Below are positions 47,013 to 60,100 of a stretch of DNA of 64,000 nucleotides, piece after piece. Source of the DNA: Paraphysomonas bandaiensis. Its lineage: Eukaryota; Protista; Chrysophyceae. The stretch is from NCBI GenBank assembly GCA_965644295.1, contig CBFFRP010000440.1:1-64000 (forward strand), given 5' to 3'. The position numbers and the translations under genes were made by a program. The notes beneath the pieces are model-generated. The model saw nothing but the letters and a program-made list of their open reading frames with translations. It did no database searches and was not told the origin of the DNA. The stretch's first letter is position 1, and the number at the start of each line of letters is the position of its first letter.

Positions 47013-49927
47013 TCAAACTTCTTCCACAGAATCTCCTGTCAAACCTCTTGTACCGTCGGGCACATGCTGCACTTCGTCCTGTGCTGAAAAGCGTGGGATG
47101 AACTGGGGAAGCGGACTTCGATGATCCGCAATACAATTTGGACTACCCGGCGATGCGGAGGAGCTCCGACGAGAAGATGGAGAGAGAAAGGAAAAAAGTG
47201 GCACAATATTGCCGGATTCTGTGGGCGAAATATTAGCATCTGCAATTGATCGTCGAGATGCCACTTTTTGCAAAAGGTTGGTCCGACGTAGAATATCTTC
47301 CTCATTTGCAGAGTTGGGAAATATTAGGCGGTGGATCTCCGTCATACTTAAGGTACCGCTCCGATCTTTGTCGATTTCTTGGAATATGAGAGTGAACTTT
47401 CGGTCACTATAATGTAGATGAAGAGCACCCAACATATCACGAAACTCCGATGTACTTATATAGCCACTATAATCAGAATCAATTTCCTCAAACAAATCTC
47501 TGAGAATCTGAGAAGAAATATCGTTTAATACAAGCAGTAGAGTGAGCTGTAAAACAACATACAACAAAACCACAAGGCGATTTCGCACCTGCTTTTGCTC
47601 TAGTTCACTTCCACGAATACGTTTCAACACTTTTCTTCTTAGCTCATCAACAAGGACTTTTCTATCTTCTTCATCTTCCAGTATCATACCTGTGATGATA
47701 TTACATGTGAATATTTGCCATACATACATATTGGCCACATACTTTTGCCAACACCATACACACATTTAACACAGTATCCAAATTATTACTACGGCATGCA
47801 CACAAATATACTATAATTTACACATACCGATTATATTCATATCCAGCTCCGCAATAGCTTCAAGCAATGACGCATCTTTAACAATCTCCCCGATACATGG
47901 TAACACGATGGCTATAGGGATCAGCATAATGATCTGCCACAGCAAGGAGTTGGAGATATATACATCAACCACAGTGATAAAATTCGTAATCCAGAGAGAT
48001 AAATAAAGGGAGTTCAGCATGATCGCAACTTCTACTGATAAACTATATAGCTTTGGACTGTGGAACAAATAAATTTCACTGAAGTCTTCTTTGACTTTAA
48101 AACCCTTTTTATCATTTCTAGCACTTCTTCCCTGTGTAGTAAATATTAACTCGCCTCGCTGTGATTGGCTCGCCTTTTTCAGTCGAAATTGCTCCACAAC
48201 AGTCAGGATCTCGGGCGATATATTTGCTTTGATATGAGAACGTCGACGCCGTTGAGCGTAATTAGGCTGCTTTGTAGAGTTTGTTCTTCGAATAACATTA
48301 GGCGGTGACTCGTTATCGTCATCAGGGCAGCTACTGAGAGAACTGGAGAGACGAAAAATCATATTACTTCGGCGAGATGCAGCCGCAGAGAGACGACCCA
48401 CACTCGCTTCATCGCTCACTGACAAACACAGTTAGAACACATAGATGGAGCTCATCAGAACAGAATAAAAGAAATCAGAGTACTACAATTGTCAGCATTC
48501 AATACCTTTTGTTCCCTTCGCTAAATTGACAAAGTTCGTATACGCTGAAACCTTTTTGAATGCTTTTTTCCACAACAAAGCTGCGTGAGACTCGTTTTCG
48601 GGAGCCACATTGCTCTGCATCGCTCGCATTTGGTCCACCTGGGTTTTGAAATTTGATGTAGACTCATGTCGGTCAATAGCGGTCTCTGGAGTGTCGGACT
48701 CAGAATTTTGCAGAACCTCTAAACGTCTCTTCTCGTTCTGTGCACACACAGAGAGTTAGTTCGAATAGGAAACAAGGTTATCCCCACCGGGATTTTCATG
48801 TGGGCATTACAAGAACGATACGACATCACTGATAAATATACTAATATAACACACTACTTCATACTTATATTCTTAAATGTACAGCAACATACGAATAGCA
48901 GTGGAAAATAATTGGACCATTCTCACAACCGTACATTACACCTCACAGAAGTACACACCTCAAGAAGAGCTCCTTCCTCAAAAGTAAGAAACTCCTCGTA
49001 CTCATCTGGTCCATTGACGCCAACACGAGTCATTAGCCGTTCTCCATATACGCGGCCCACAACCAATAAACCCAATGTATAGAGTACAAGCATGCCCCCA
49101 CATATCATATACAACTGGAGATGTTGTTTATGACATTCTACCGCTATCGTGGTCAGACTTCGACGTGCGGCATAGTTATATTCGTCCAGTATATCATTAT
49201 TTACATTGTCGTTTCGGTCTCTACTTATATATTTCGAGCAATTACCGAAATCTAAATGTAAATACTTCACGCGACTGTAATTTAGCACCGCCAATAATAT
49301 CATAACTGCCCAGCTTGATATATTGATATTGATCATCTTCGACGAGAACTTAGATAAGCAGTGACTCAAATACATGCCGTAGTCAAATCCCGATGGTATG
49401 GAATATGTATCACGAAACAGGGAGTAAATAATTTTAAACTCCACATTCCGAAGAGGAGTAGGGACATATAAATAGCGCAGAAATATAAGAACCCTCTGGA
49501 ACGGATTTGTTGTGGCATCAATGAATGAATTAAGGCAGTCCGCAACAGACATCTCGTGCAAAACCACATAACGAGATTCCATTACAATAGAGATAAACAT
49601 TATAAAGAGTGCATGGGCCACGAAAAAAATTGCTACAAAGAATAAAATAAAACCAATAATGTCGGCAATATTTATCGCTTCTGTGGCATCTTCTGATAAT
49701 TTGTGAGAGGCTGTGTACATCGCTAATATCAGAGTCACGAACCCCATAATCATGAGCTCTTTATATATCTTCTGAAGCATTCCGTTATACACAGTTGAGT
49801 GCTTGACACTCCGTTCCACAATCTTCGTCAGAGATTCCATAGCCAGCATAAACAGAACAGTCACAATGAAGGCCAAGGTTGCGATGTCGATATCGATGTT
49901 GCTGAGCCTTCCAAAAGAAAAGGCCAT
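47013..49927 (-). CDS. MLO-like multi-pass membrane protein with two C-terminal EF-hands (multi-exon, 5' end uncertain)
   Basis: LQKIYKELMIMGFVTLIL and FDYGMYLSHCL..ININISSW resemble MLO signatures. EF-hands DSDYSGYISTSEF and DKDRSGTLSMTEI. Confidence 0.78.
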
Positions 49928-50324
49928 TTCTTCCTCTTCTTTACTACAGCAGAACGACAAACATCAGGAAGCACTCATATATACATATGAACGTATGAAG
50001 CTCAACCCTATCAATGTTTACTATACATATACACTATAGATAATCAAGCACATCTACTTGTGTACTGTGAGCAGTGGTGGGATCGGTACAGATAGCGTAA
50101 CGATCCCTTCCCTCAACACCAACAGCTGTCGGTCCATTTAAATACACACCTCCACAGGTCATCGTCACATATATAATCCTTATGCTCTTCCCTAGACCAA
50201 TCATAGAGCAGAAACGATTAATGATTGGATCACAAAAAGCAGATGGAACATTGGCTCCAACAAGTTCATGTCCAAAATGGGAGACCATCCCATCGCATTT
50301 CAGCGGGAGTAGGAAGGACATACT

Positions 50325-50361
50325 GTATGTATGTATGTATGTATGTATGTATGTATGTATG

Positions 50362-50395
<34 letters not shown>

Positions 50396-50953
50396 TGTAT
50401 GTATGTATGTATGTATGTATGTATGTATGTATGTATGTATGTATGTATGTATGTATGTATGTATGTATGTATGTATGTATGTATGTATGTATGTATGTAT
50501 GTATGTATGTATGTATGTATGTATGTATGTATGTATGTATGTATGTATGTATGTATGTATGTATGTATGTATGTATGTATGTATGTATGTATGTATGTAT
50601 GTATGTATGTATGTATGTATGTATGTATGTATGTATGTATGTATGTATGTATGTATGTATGTATGTATGTATGTATGTATGTATGTATGTATGTATGTAT
50701 GTATGTATGTATGTATGTATGTATGTATGTATGTATGTATGTATGTATGTATGTATGTATGTATGTATGTATGTATGTATGTATGTATGTATGTATGTAT
50801 GTATGTATGTATGTATGTATGTATGTATGTATGTATGTATGTATGTATGTATGTATGTATGTATGTATGTATGTATGTATGTATGTATGTATGTATGTAT
50901 GTATGTATGTATGTATGTATGTATGTAGGTATGTATGTAGTTCTTAATGTATG

Positions 50954-50987
<34 letters not shown>

Positions 50988-52324
50988 TGTATGTATGTAT
51001 GTATGTATGTATGTATGTATGTATGTATGTATGTATGTATGTATGTATGTATGTATGTATGTATGTATGTATGTATGTATGTATGTATGTATGTATGTAT
51101 GTATGTATGTATGTATGTATGTATGTATGTATGTATGTATGTATGTATGTATGTATGCATGTATGTATGTACGTATGTATGTATGTATGCATGCATGTAT
51201 GTATGTATGTATGTATGTATGTATGTATGTATGTATGTATGTATGTATGTATGTATGTATGTATGTATGTATGTATGTATGTATGCATGTATGTATGTAT
51301 GTATGCATGTATGCATGTATGTATGTATGTATGCATGTATGTATGTATGTATGTATGTATGTATGTATGTATGTATGTATGTATGTATGTATGTATGCAT
51401 GTATGTATGTATGTATGTATGTATGTATGTATGTATGTATGTATGTATGTATGTATGTATGTATGTATGTATGTATGTATGTATGTATGTATGTATGTAT
51501 GTATGTATGTATGTATGTATGTATGTATGTATGTATGTATGTATGTATGTATGTATGTATGTATGTATGTATGTATGTATGTATGTGTATGTATGTATGT
51601 ATGTATGTATGTATGTATGTATGTATGTATGTATGTATGTATGTATGTATGTATGTATGTATGTATGTATGTATGTATGTATGTATGTATGTATGTATGT
51701 ATGTATGTATGTATGTATGTATGTATGTATGTATGTATGTATGTATGTATGTATGTATGTATGTATGTATGTATGTATGTATGTATGTATGTATGTATGT
51801 ATGTATGTATGTATGTATGTATGTATGTATGTATGTATGTATGTATGTATGTATGTATGTATGTATGTATGTATGTATGTATGTATGTATGTATGTATGT
51901 ATGTATGTATGTATGTATGTATGTATGTATGTATGTATGTATGTATGTATGTATGTATGTATGTATGTATGTATGTATGTATGTATGTATGTATGTATGT
52001 ATGTATGTATGTATGTATGTATGTATGTATGTATGTATGTATGTATGTATGTATGTATGTATGTATGTATGTATGTATGTATGTATGTATGTATGTATGT
52101 ATGTATGTATGTATGTATGTATGTATGTATGTATGTATGTATGTATGTATGTATGTATGTATGTATGTATGTATGTATGTATGTATGTATGTATGTATGT
52201 ATGTATGTATGTATGTATGTATGTATGTATGTATGTATGTATGTATGTATGTATGTATGTATGTATGTATGTATGTATGTGTATGTATGTATGTATGTAT
52301 GTATGTATGTATGTATGTATGTAC

Positions 52325-52355
<31 letters not shown>

Positions 52356-52386
52356 TGTATGTATGTATGTATGTATGTATGTATGT
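50325..52386. repeat. About 2.06-kb (TATG)n microsatellite
   Basis: Direct observation, with sparse CATG, TACG and TG variants and one interruption near 50928-50948. Confidence 0.99.
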
Positions 52387-52535
52387 ACAGGTATTTTTGT
52401 TATCGGTAGGTACACCAGAGCGGTACAGCTGGAATCTAGGGCGGGGCTGGTTGTGCGATATGTGTGTCTATAGCTTGTTCCAGTCTTCGCCACATGGGCA
52501 CACCTCTGATCTGATCAAGACTAAGGTGCAAGTGG

Positions 52536-54104
52536 ATGGGTTCCGATGAAAGTGTACCTGTGGACTGTAGAGTATCTTCAGTATCAGGCCTGACTGCTGA
52601 TTCCAATCAGTGTTACTTTCGATGTCAGTTATTCTGGCAGGATCTGCAGTCGTGGCATATCGCCGACGCCTCCTTAGAATTCAAGATGAATTTTTCCAGT
52701 GGTGTGAATCGGGCTCGCTATGTTTGTGATGTAGACTTAGATAACGGCCCCGCAGACAGACTGCAGAATGCAATAAAGGCCGCCACTGTGATTGTTGCTG
52801 ATTCTGAAGGAAAAGATGATAAAGACGCCATTACGATCCGTTTGATGCAGGCAACTACTTGGAATGATGCCGAACAAGTTGCTTATTTGCTGCGCTCTTG
52901 TTATGTCACAGAATCGTCAGCCTTACCAGCACTGGCGGAGGCTTGTCGCAGTGGTGCCACTGATTGTGTAGAAGTTTTCCTTTCTTCTGGAGTGTCGCCA
53001 TGTGCTTCAATTCCAAGTCCTTTTATTGGTGGTAAAAATGCACTACATATTGCGTGTGAAAATTGTCAAGAGGCGTGCGCTAGTATTCTTGTTACAGCGC
53101 TGGGGTGTGCAGCTGATGCTTACATGACGTGTGGTTCATCCGGTCTCACGGCCTTTGACATTCTTCGAGAAAATGATTGTCACGGTATGGCACGCAGACT
53201 AGAGGCTCAGGTGAAAAACTTGTTTTGTCTGCCTTCTTTACCGAGTGGTACGAGTTCCCCTGATCTGTCACATTCCGTTCTGACTCTGTCAACTGGATGT
53301 GGTGCATTCGCCGTTATTCACCCTCCTTCTGGCTACAAGTTACAAGTTTACTACTACAAGTCAAGTGAATACAATGGTAGCGCCCCACCTATTTTTATAT
53401 TTCATGGTAATGGCCGCGATGCCGGGGGTTTGCTCGAGTCTTGGATCAGAATAATTGGGAATCGTCCCTGGCTAGTTCTTGCGCCCTTGTTTAGCGAAGA
53501 GGACTTCCCAGGGTCTGAACGTTACATTCTGGGCAATATAAGTAACGCTGCGACTATAAATGACCAATCGGAGTGGAGCATTCAGATTCCTGACTATATC
53601 TTTAACTACATGAGAGATTCGGGTTTGACTAGGGCGCAGGGCTATATTGCCTTTGGACACAGCGCTGGAGCGCAGTTTTTGCATCGCCAGGTCGCACTTG
53701 TGAGTAATAGCAGCAGACTTGCTGCTATCGTTGCTAATGCCGGCTGGTATACAATCCCAGATGCCGACGAGACATGGCCATACGGTCTGGGTCTTGATGG
53801 CCTTGTTTTAGATGATATACTTCCAAGATTCTTATCGTCGAGAGTGATACTATTGCTCGGAGGTGCTGATACCGACAGAGATGATCCTGTGTTACGAAAA
53901 ACATGTAAAGCTATGAAACAGGGCGTATGTCGGCTCGATCGTGGCAAATACTTTTATAAATGTGGTAGTCGAATGGCCAATGTGCTTGATGTGCCATTCG
54001 GGTGGATTTGTGAAGTGGTGCCCGGAGTTGGCCACTGTCAGTACGAAATGGGAGAGGCAGCACTGAAATATATAGTAGATATAATTCGGAATCATACAGT
54101 TTAA
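52536..54104 (+). CDS. Ankyrin-repeat plus alpha/beta-hydrolase fusion protein (apparently intronless)
   Basis: Ankyrin-like ALAEACRSGATDCVEVFL, GKNALHIACE, GLTAFDI. Hydrolase HGNGR, GHSAGAQFLHR (nucleophile elbow), ANAGWY, WPYGL, VPGVGH. Confidence 0.85.
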   Translation: MGSDESVPVDCRVSSVSGLTADSNQCYFRCQLFWQDLQSWHIADASLEFKMNFSSGVNRARYVCDVDLDNGPADRLQNAIKAATVIVADSEGKDDKDAITIRLMQATTWNDAEQVAYLLRSCYVTESSALPALAEACRSGATDCVEVFLSSGVSPCASIPSPFIGGKNALHIACENCQEACASILVTALGCAADAYMTCGSSGLTAFDILRENDCHGMARRLEAQVKNLFCLPSLPSGTSSPDLSHSVLTLSTGCGAFAVIHPPSGYKLQVYYYKSSEYNGSAPPIFIFHGNGRDAGGLLESWIRIIGNRPWLVLAPLFSEEDFPGSERYILGNISNAATINDQSEWSIQIPDYIFNYMRDSGLTRAQGYIAFGHSAGAQFLHRQVALVSNSSRLAAIVANAGWYTIPDADETWPYGLGLDGLVLDDILPRFLSSRVILLLGGADTDRDDPVLRKTCKAMKQGVCRLDRGKYFYKCGSRMANVLDVPFGWICEVVPGVGHCQYEMGEAALKYIVDIIRNHTV

Positions 54105-54316
54105 TATTTTGCGATTCGTTACTGGTGATGGTAGGGTGTGTATGTATATTTAAGCTTTTCGGCGTACAACTAATGCATGGTGTGTAAATGTTAGCAGTTT
54201 TGACTTAAGGGAAGAAGTTTTGCTTAAATTGAGTTGAAGGTTGCACAATCCCTAATTGCACTCGCGTTATTTTTGTTTTACCTAGCACAGTACACTGAAT
54301 TTAGTGAATAAATAAA

Positions 54317-54450
54317 TGCGTAACAATTAATAGTCAATTATGGCATTGCAATAAAATAGAAATTGGGACAGCATATAATATTTGATCAAATACTTGTGTT
54401 CAATTGTTGCAATTAATTGGAATATGTTAATACCATCAATTTGGGTGCGT
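54317..54450. mobile_element. AT-rich MITE fragment (CAGGGCTG TIR family)
   Basis: tgcgtaacaattaat..gaaattgggacagc is shared with 23270-23365. Confidence 0.45.
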
Positions 54451-54659
54451 ATATTAGCTACTACATAATCACAAACGGTACAAACGTACAGACCAGAGAC
54501 TGGTAACTGGTAACCATTAATGGTAGTCCAGTTCCCGGCAATTAAAATGGCCACTAAATGCCATTAATAATTCAGTAGATAATACCGCTCATAACAGATA
54601 GTGTGATGCACCCTTAATTACTAATTTAGTTAAATAACAGACTACGAATCTGAACTATT

Positions 54660-55965
54660 TTGCAGGGCTTCATGGAGAGTGTAAGCATCCCACAACATGT
54701 AATTGGCTCGTAGGAATAGCAAAGATTCTCTAGACAATACGGATTCATGTTTCTACGCTCAGGTGGGTGTCATAATCAACTTTGCATGACCACAGAGCCT
54801 CTCAACCACAACATTCGATATGAAGCAAGCAGCGGTAGTTGGACTCATATCGGTACCAAGTCAGCTCTCATGCTATCCTCACATGCTCCCGTCCACATTC
54901 CTATTAATACAGATTGTAAGCCAGTGTGTATGAGAACTGAGGAAGCCCTCTCCAAGACATCGTGCTAAAAAGGGGTCTTCCTCTAGAGGGCGCGAGAGCC
55001 AAGATGTGCACCACGACTCTTAATAGGGTTCGCTCACACCCTGAAAGGCGCACGACTGACGAAACGCTATGAACACATGTAGACACAGGAATTTACGTAG
55101 CAGACGCGGTTGCAGGTGGTGACTGGTTGAAGGTTGAACGTATGATAGGCCGTAACAAGTGTACTTTCGGTAAAATTTCGTCCGGAATATGGCACTGGCG
55201 TCTGTCCAGAACACGCCGGCCGTATATTACCCACCCCATGATCACTGATTTTCAATCTCGTCGTAATCAATGGACTTTAGAGAATTAAACTGCGCTCCGT
55301 GAGCAACTCTACGGTCATATTCTGGAGCGTGTACCTGGATACAGGAAAGAGAGCGGTGTCTTGCTTCCGCACAAACTATATCTGGCAGATCGCGGTAGAT
55401 CCAAGGTTAAGGACAGTTCACAACTACGACTGCACATATATTATACTCAATACGGCCCTGACATGGGACAAATCCTTCAGCATTAGTAGGAATAGGGCTA
55501 AAACAAAATTTGGACTCGACTTGAACAAAGCCAGATGCTCTGACTGTGGCTTTCGACTTGACTCTTCTCTCAAATGCATGTTGTGTCTTGATTGCCCACA
55601 CGCCTCCGTCTCTCAGATATCGAGAATCCGCCTTTCAGAGACACAAGAAGAAGTGTCTTCGGGAACTTCTACGAGACCCAACCGTACCCCCTTTCTCAAG
55701 AAACTCTCCAGCAGTGCCTGGAATGCCCCACTCCAGCAGGTTGAACGATTCTGGACAGGAACTATCACCGATGCTCAATGGAAAGCGTTTCTGGAGCACA
55801 ATACAACTGCACCTTTAAATCGCATGGACCTCGTGCCCTCGAAATAGCAGTTGTTACCCTTCTTCAACCGCATTATGCTGCAGCCAAACAAATGCTCCAG
55901 GATTGCAGTTGTCATCATGCTATCACACCTATGGGGTCACATCGACTCCCCCCCAGACCACATCC
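54660..55965 (+). pseudogene. Frameshifted remnant of the LINE ORF (RNase H to C-terminus)
   Basis: ILNTALTWDKSFSISRNRAKTKFGLDLNKARCSDCGFRLDS and QVERFWTGTIT are near-identical to the C-terminus of the 3016-aa ORF. Many indels. Confidence 0.9.
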
Positions 55966-55992
55966 TGCTTTCCCCTTTCACCCTTAACACCT

Positions 55993-56906
55993 TTACCCCC
56001 ATGCTTGTGCGGCCATATGCGGTATATTAGATCTGTAGGTTAAACAAATCGCATACACCAAACTTCTTTTTGTATGCATCAATAGCAGGACGATGGTGAT
56101 GAGTACCTCGTCGACATATCGTGTGTATGCATTGCTCATAGCAGTCCTAATCTTAGCATCTTTTTGGCCATGCTGTGGCTTAGCATAGTACAGAACAATT
56201 ATCTTGTCCGTAGTCTTATTATAAACACCAGCAAAGTCCCCCACCTTGCGTATCTTCTTTAACATTTCAGTTTGAAGTTTGAATCGATTAGGGTTGACGG
56301 CTCCAATGTACTTAACGTTTTGTCGATTCAAGAATTCCCTAGTTGAGCTAGAATGGTAAAACAAGTCAGAGACTAGCAATGTATCGACATCTTTGTCCGC
56401 ATATGGCACTTCTAATACATGCCGACACCACATTTGTACCACTTGAGAACCGGAAATGACCCTTCGTCTAATTTATTAACACCATATAGGCATAAATGCA
56501 ACACGTAGGACAAACTATTGGACAAAATTGATGCTAGCTGATAGAACCACAGCCCCACTCTATCAGGCTTGCTAAGAGCCACACGGACATTATCACTTTC
56601 ACCAAAAAAGCAAAGCAATTTTTCGTCCCCTGCAACATAGGTACCAATGTGTCTGACAATACTGATGAAATTAGCTGACAACTCTTCCAGATACGTGCTA
56701 TCAACCAGAAAATGAGACAAAATAAGTTCACACCCAACGATTCCTAATGTCTTGACGAGGTATTTCTCCTCGAAATATTTCTTGAACGCCTTGACTTGAA
56801 GAAGTTTCTCGTGCGCTTCTTTTTGGTCCCTTTCGTGCGCTTTTGACTTGCTCCTGAAACCATTTTTAGTTGTCAGCAAGTGGCAATTAATGTCAATTAC
56901 CTGCAT
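55993..56906 (-). pseudogene. piggyBac-like (DDE_Tnp_1_7-type) transposase relic, frameshifted
   Basis: YVAGDEKLLCFFG..SKPDRVGLWFY and LLVSDLFYHS..YIGAV correspond to the piggyBac DE/KP/DNFY motifs. Split over two frames; TIRs not resolved. Confidence 0.65.
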
Positions 56907-57170
56907 TTTAAATTTATATTGAATTGACTGATCAGCAGTGCAGATGCAAGTGTCACAAGTGTTGAGATGTTTTAACAGATACAGGTTTTTGCAGTTGGTA
57001 CAACAAAATCCCGTACCTATCCTATGAGAGGGGACAAAAAAACGAAGAAAAAGAAGCTACTTGTGGGTAGCCCTAATTGATAACTCTAACCCTAATCGAA
57101 TAATATGTCGTATTGTTATTATTTAGTCAGTTAATTCTCAAAACAAAAACTACTTGTTGATGCATATCGC

Positions 57171-60100
57171 TTATACAATACTGTTGACGTAATCACGAGC
57201 TTTCTGCCTCACTATTTCTTGTTCATGTTCTGATCCGTGCGTCAGCTCGAAATTTAGATACTTCTTGAAAACAGACTTGATATTCTTGGAACTTATCTTG
57301 AGAGTGATCATGCGAGAAAATATTCTGCGAGCTGCGTCATAATTCTTGTATTTGATTTCTTTGTCAACGAACACATTCCATATATCCGTGCGCTTGGGAT
57401 AACTGAAGATAATGTTAACATCAATCACACACTTGGTTTTCAAGTACATACCTCATCAGCAAGTCTTCGAACACCTCACGTCCCCTTTCAAACCTTCCTA
57501 ATTCAAACTCCAATGATGCATATTGCAATATAACTTCGATGTGTTTGTGCTTTGACAACGACAACATGGACCGATTCAGCAGCGAACGGGCTTCCTTATC
57601 TCTCCCGCCACGCTGCTCAAAGTGTTGATACGCCATCCACACCTACACACATACCTGTAAAAAGTAACAAATAATACAATTATAATTTCTCACTTTTTTG
57701 CTTGTTTTGTGTTTTTTCAACGTTTTCTCAAACATTTCACGAGCCCCGTCAACATCGCCACTTTTTTCATACAATTCGGCCAAATGAAGATGCAAATACT
57801 TGCTCTATGAAACAGTTAGAAGCGATGACATAAAAATATCCTTCTTACCTTGCTTTCAGATATCGCTCGTCTAAATAAAGTTGCCAAACTATCAGTCGTT
57901 CCAAACTTATGTTCCATATTTAGAAGTGCTATCCAAACATTGTATTTCTCCTATAGAACAAATTAGAACCGATTTCACAGTATATAGACTCGTTGCAACC
58001 TCTTCCTCTCTGAAGCCGATAGTTCTAATAGCTCGCAAACCAACTGCTCTGGCGGCATGTACATCAGCTGAAAGTAGATGAAACGACATGTATTGTATCC
58101 ATAGCAACGACGAATTCGGCTCGGTTATTAGCAGTCTCTCAAAGTCCTCGGGCGAACCGGGCTCATCTGTACCAGTAGCAATCGCATTCTTAACAAAAAG
58201 TTAAGACAAATTATGAGATAAATAAAAGTATGCACCTCTCGTTTCCTGATCTCCTCTTCCGCTTTCAGTGCATCTGCCGGGCGTCTCTTCTTGCCTTTCT
58301 TCTTCCCGGTGGCATCATCATTACTTTCATCACAGCTAGTTGCAGAGTCGTTATCCGATTCCTCATTTTCCGATTGTGCACCAGACAATGTAGAGGGTTT
58401 AAACGAGTCTCCCCAGTCCAGCATCATAGGACCGGATTCATTATCATCATCTAATGGAACCAGATCTTTAGCACTGCTAGATGGTATGTTTGTAGACAAT
58501 GGCTCCACTTTCGCCCGTTTACTCTGTTGAACAACCTCACCCCCATCATCAGAGTCCGAATCTTCTCCTGAATCATCACTCTGTTTATCTTCTGAATTAT
58601 CATCCAATGATTCTTCTTCATCCGAGCTTGCAACTTCATCAGCCTCATCACCACTTTCACTTTTTAAGGATGCTTGCCTAATTATAGCCTGAACCTCTCG
58701 TTCATCCTCGCTGTCCGAGTCACCATCTACGAGAACGATACCCTCTTCGTCAACATCCTCTTCCATATCACTACTAGTATCCTCTACATCTGACTCATCA
58801 GAACTCTCACCCTTCGTATCATTGAAACAGGAGGGCTTCAAACCGAGTGCTATCTTGTGGCCAGAAACACCGAGAATAACAGCACGTACACGATCTCCCA
58901 CGTCATACACGTCATTCAAGTCATCAGATAAAGATTCAACTGCCATTGGCTTCCGACAAAGCCCAATGAGAGAAGAGTTTTCAATAGTTACGAAGACACC
59001 GAAGTCGGTAATGCGGTGTACGCGACCAGCTATGACGTCACCAGGGGAGAGTGACTCGATTTCACGCTGTGAATCTTCACCTAATACCACGGAGCCACGA
59101 AGGCTTAGACTCACCTGTATCATTCCCGATACAGATGGCTCTGATACTGACAAAACCCGGGCGGTAACTAACTTACCAGGGGGATATGATGCAATAGGAG
59201 AGTGTACATACTCATCAGATAGATCCTTCAGCAAAACGCGGCCAGTAACAGATGATGACAACCTCAAAAAACACCCCTTCGACGATGTGTTAGCAACGTA
59301 TGCTTGAACTGTTGACCCTACAACAGGAACGCTATCAGGTCGTATAGAAGCCTTTTTGGAGGAAGAATTCTACATTAAAAGATTAATGAAATAGGTTACT
59401 CCATTTTTACTATACTTACCACTCTTGATGGTCGCATTGACAGTTCAATGGGGGCATGGGAGTCAGGCACGCAAACAACCCGGCACTTCACAATATCTCC
59501 GTGTTTTGGCCCGGCAGCAGAATCTCTATCGTCGGTAATGACTGCGCTCTCCGTGGAGTGCACGCTGCTGGCGCTAGTTGTACTATCACTGCGTGGACGC
59601 TTTGAAGCACTCCTACCTCCATTGTCAGAAAATAGGGCAGAGTAGTCGGCCTTCCAATCCCCAACATCAGCAATTTCAGTCACACAAACACGTCCTGTTC
59701 TATTATGGGCTACATTGATATATATTACTGGAGTATCGTAATTAATACATAATACATACCTAGTAAGATACTCAACGCTGGAGGTTTCTGTACATTGATG
59801 CTTGATTTCAGGTCAACAATGCCTGTAATCACGCTACCAGCTTTCACAGTTTTTGACTCTACAGTTCCTCCTACAGCTTCTATTGTGACATTCTTCGAGA
59901 GATCAATAATGGTAGATCCCGAGGCTGCATCTTCAACAACCAAACGACTAATTGTTACAGAACTACGACCTCCAATTGTCTTCACAGAAGTCACAGCAAC
60001 TACTATTCTCATTCCCACGTAACAAAATAGTTGAAATTTCTTGATCAATGCAATGTCAGATGATATGTCCAACATATTAAGGTTGCACGACACATAAGGA

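Noticed and set aside
50034-52549. Long ORFs (HTYI/MYVC repeats, up to 819 aa)
   Set aside because: Artefacts of the stop-free (TATG)n microsatellite.
57068-57098. Telomere-like ccctaa/taaccctaa
   Set aside because: Only two or three degenerate units, internal to the contig.
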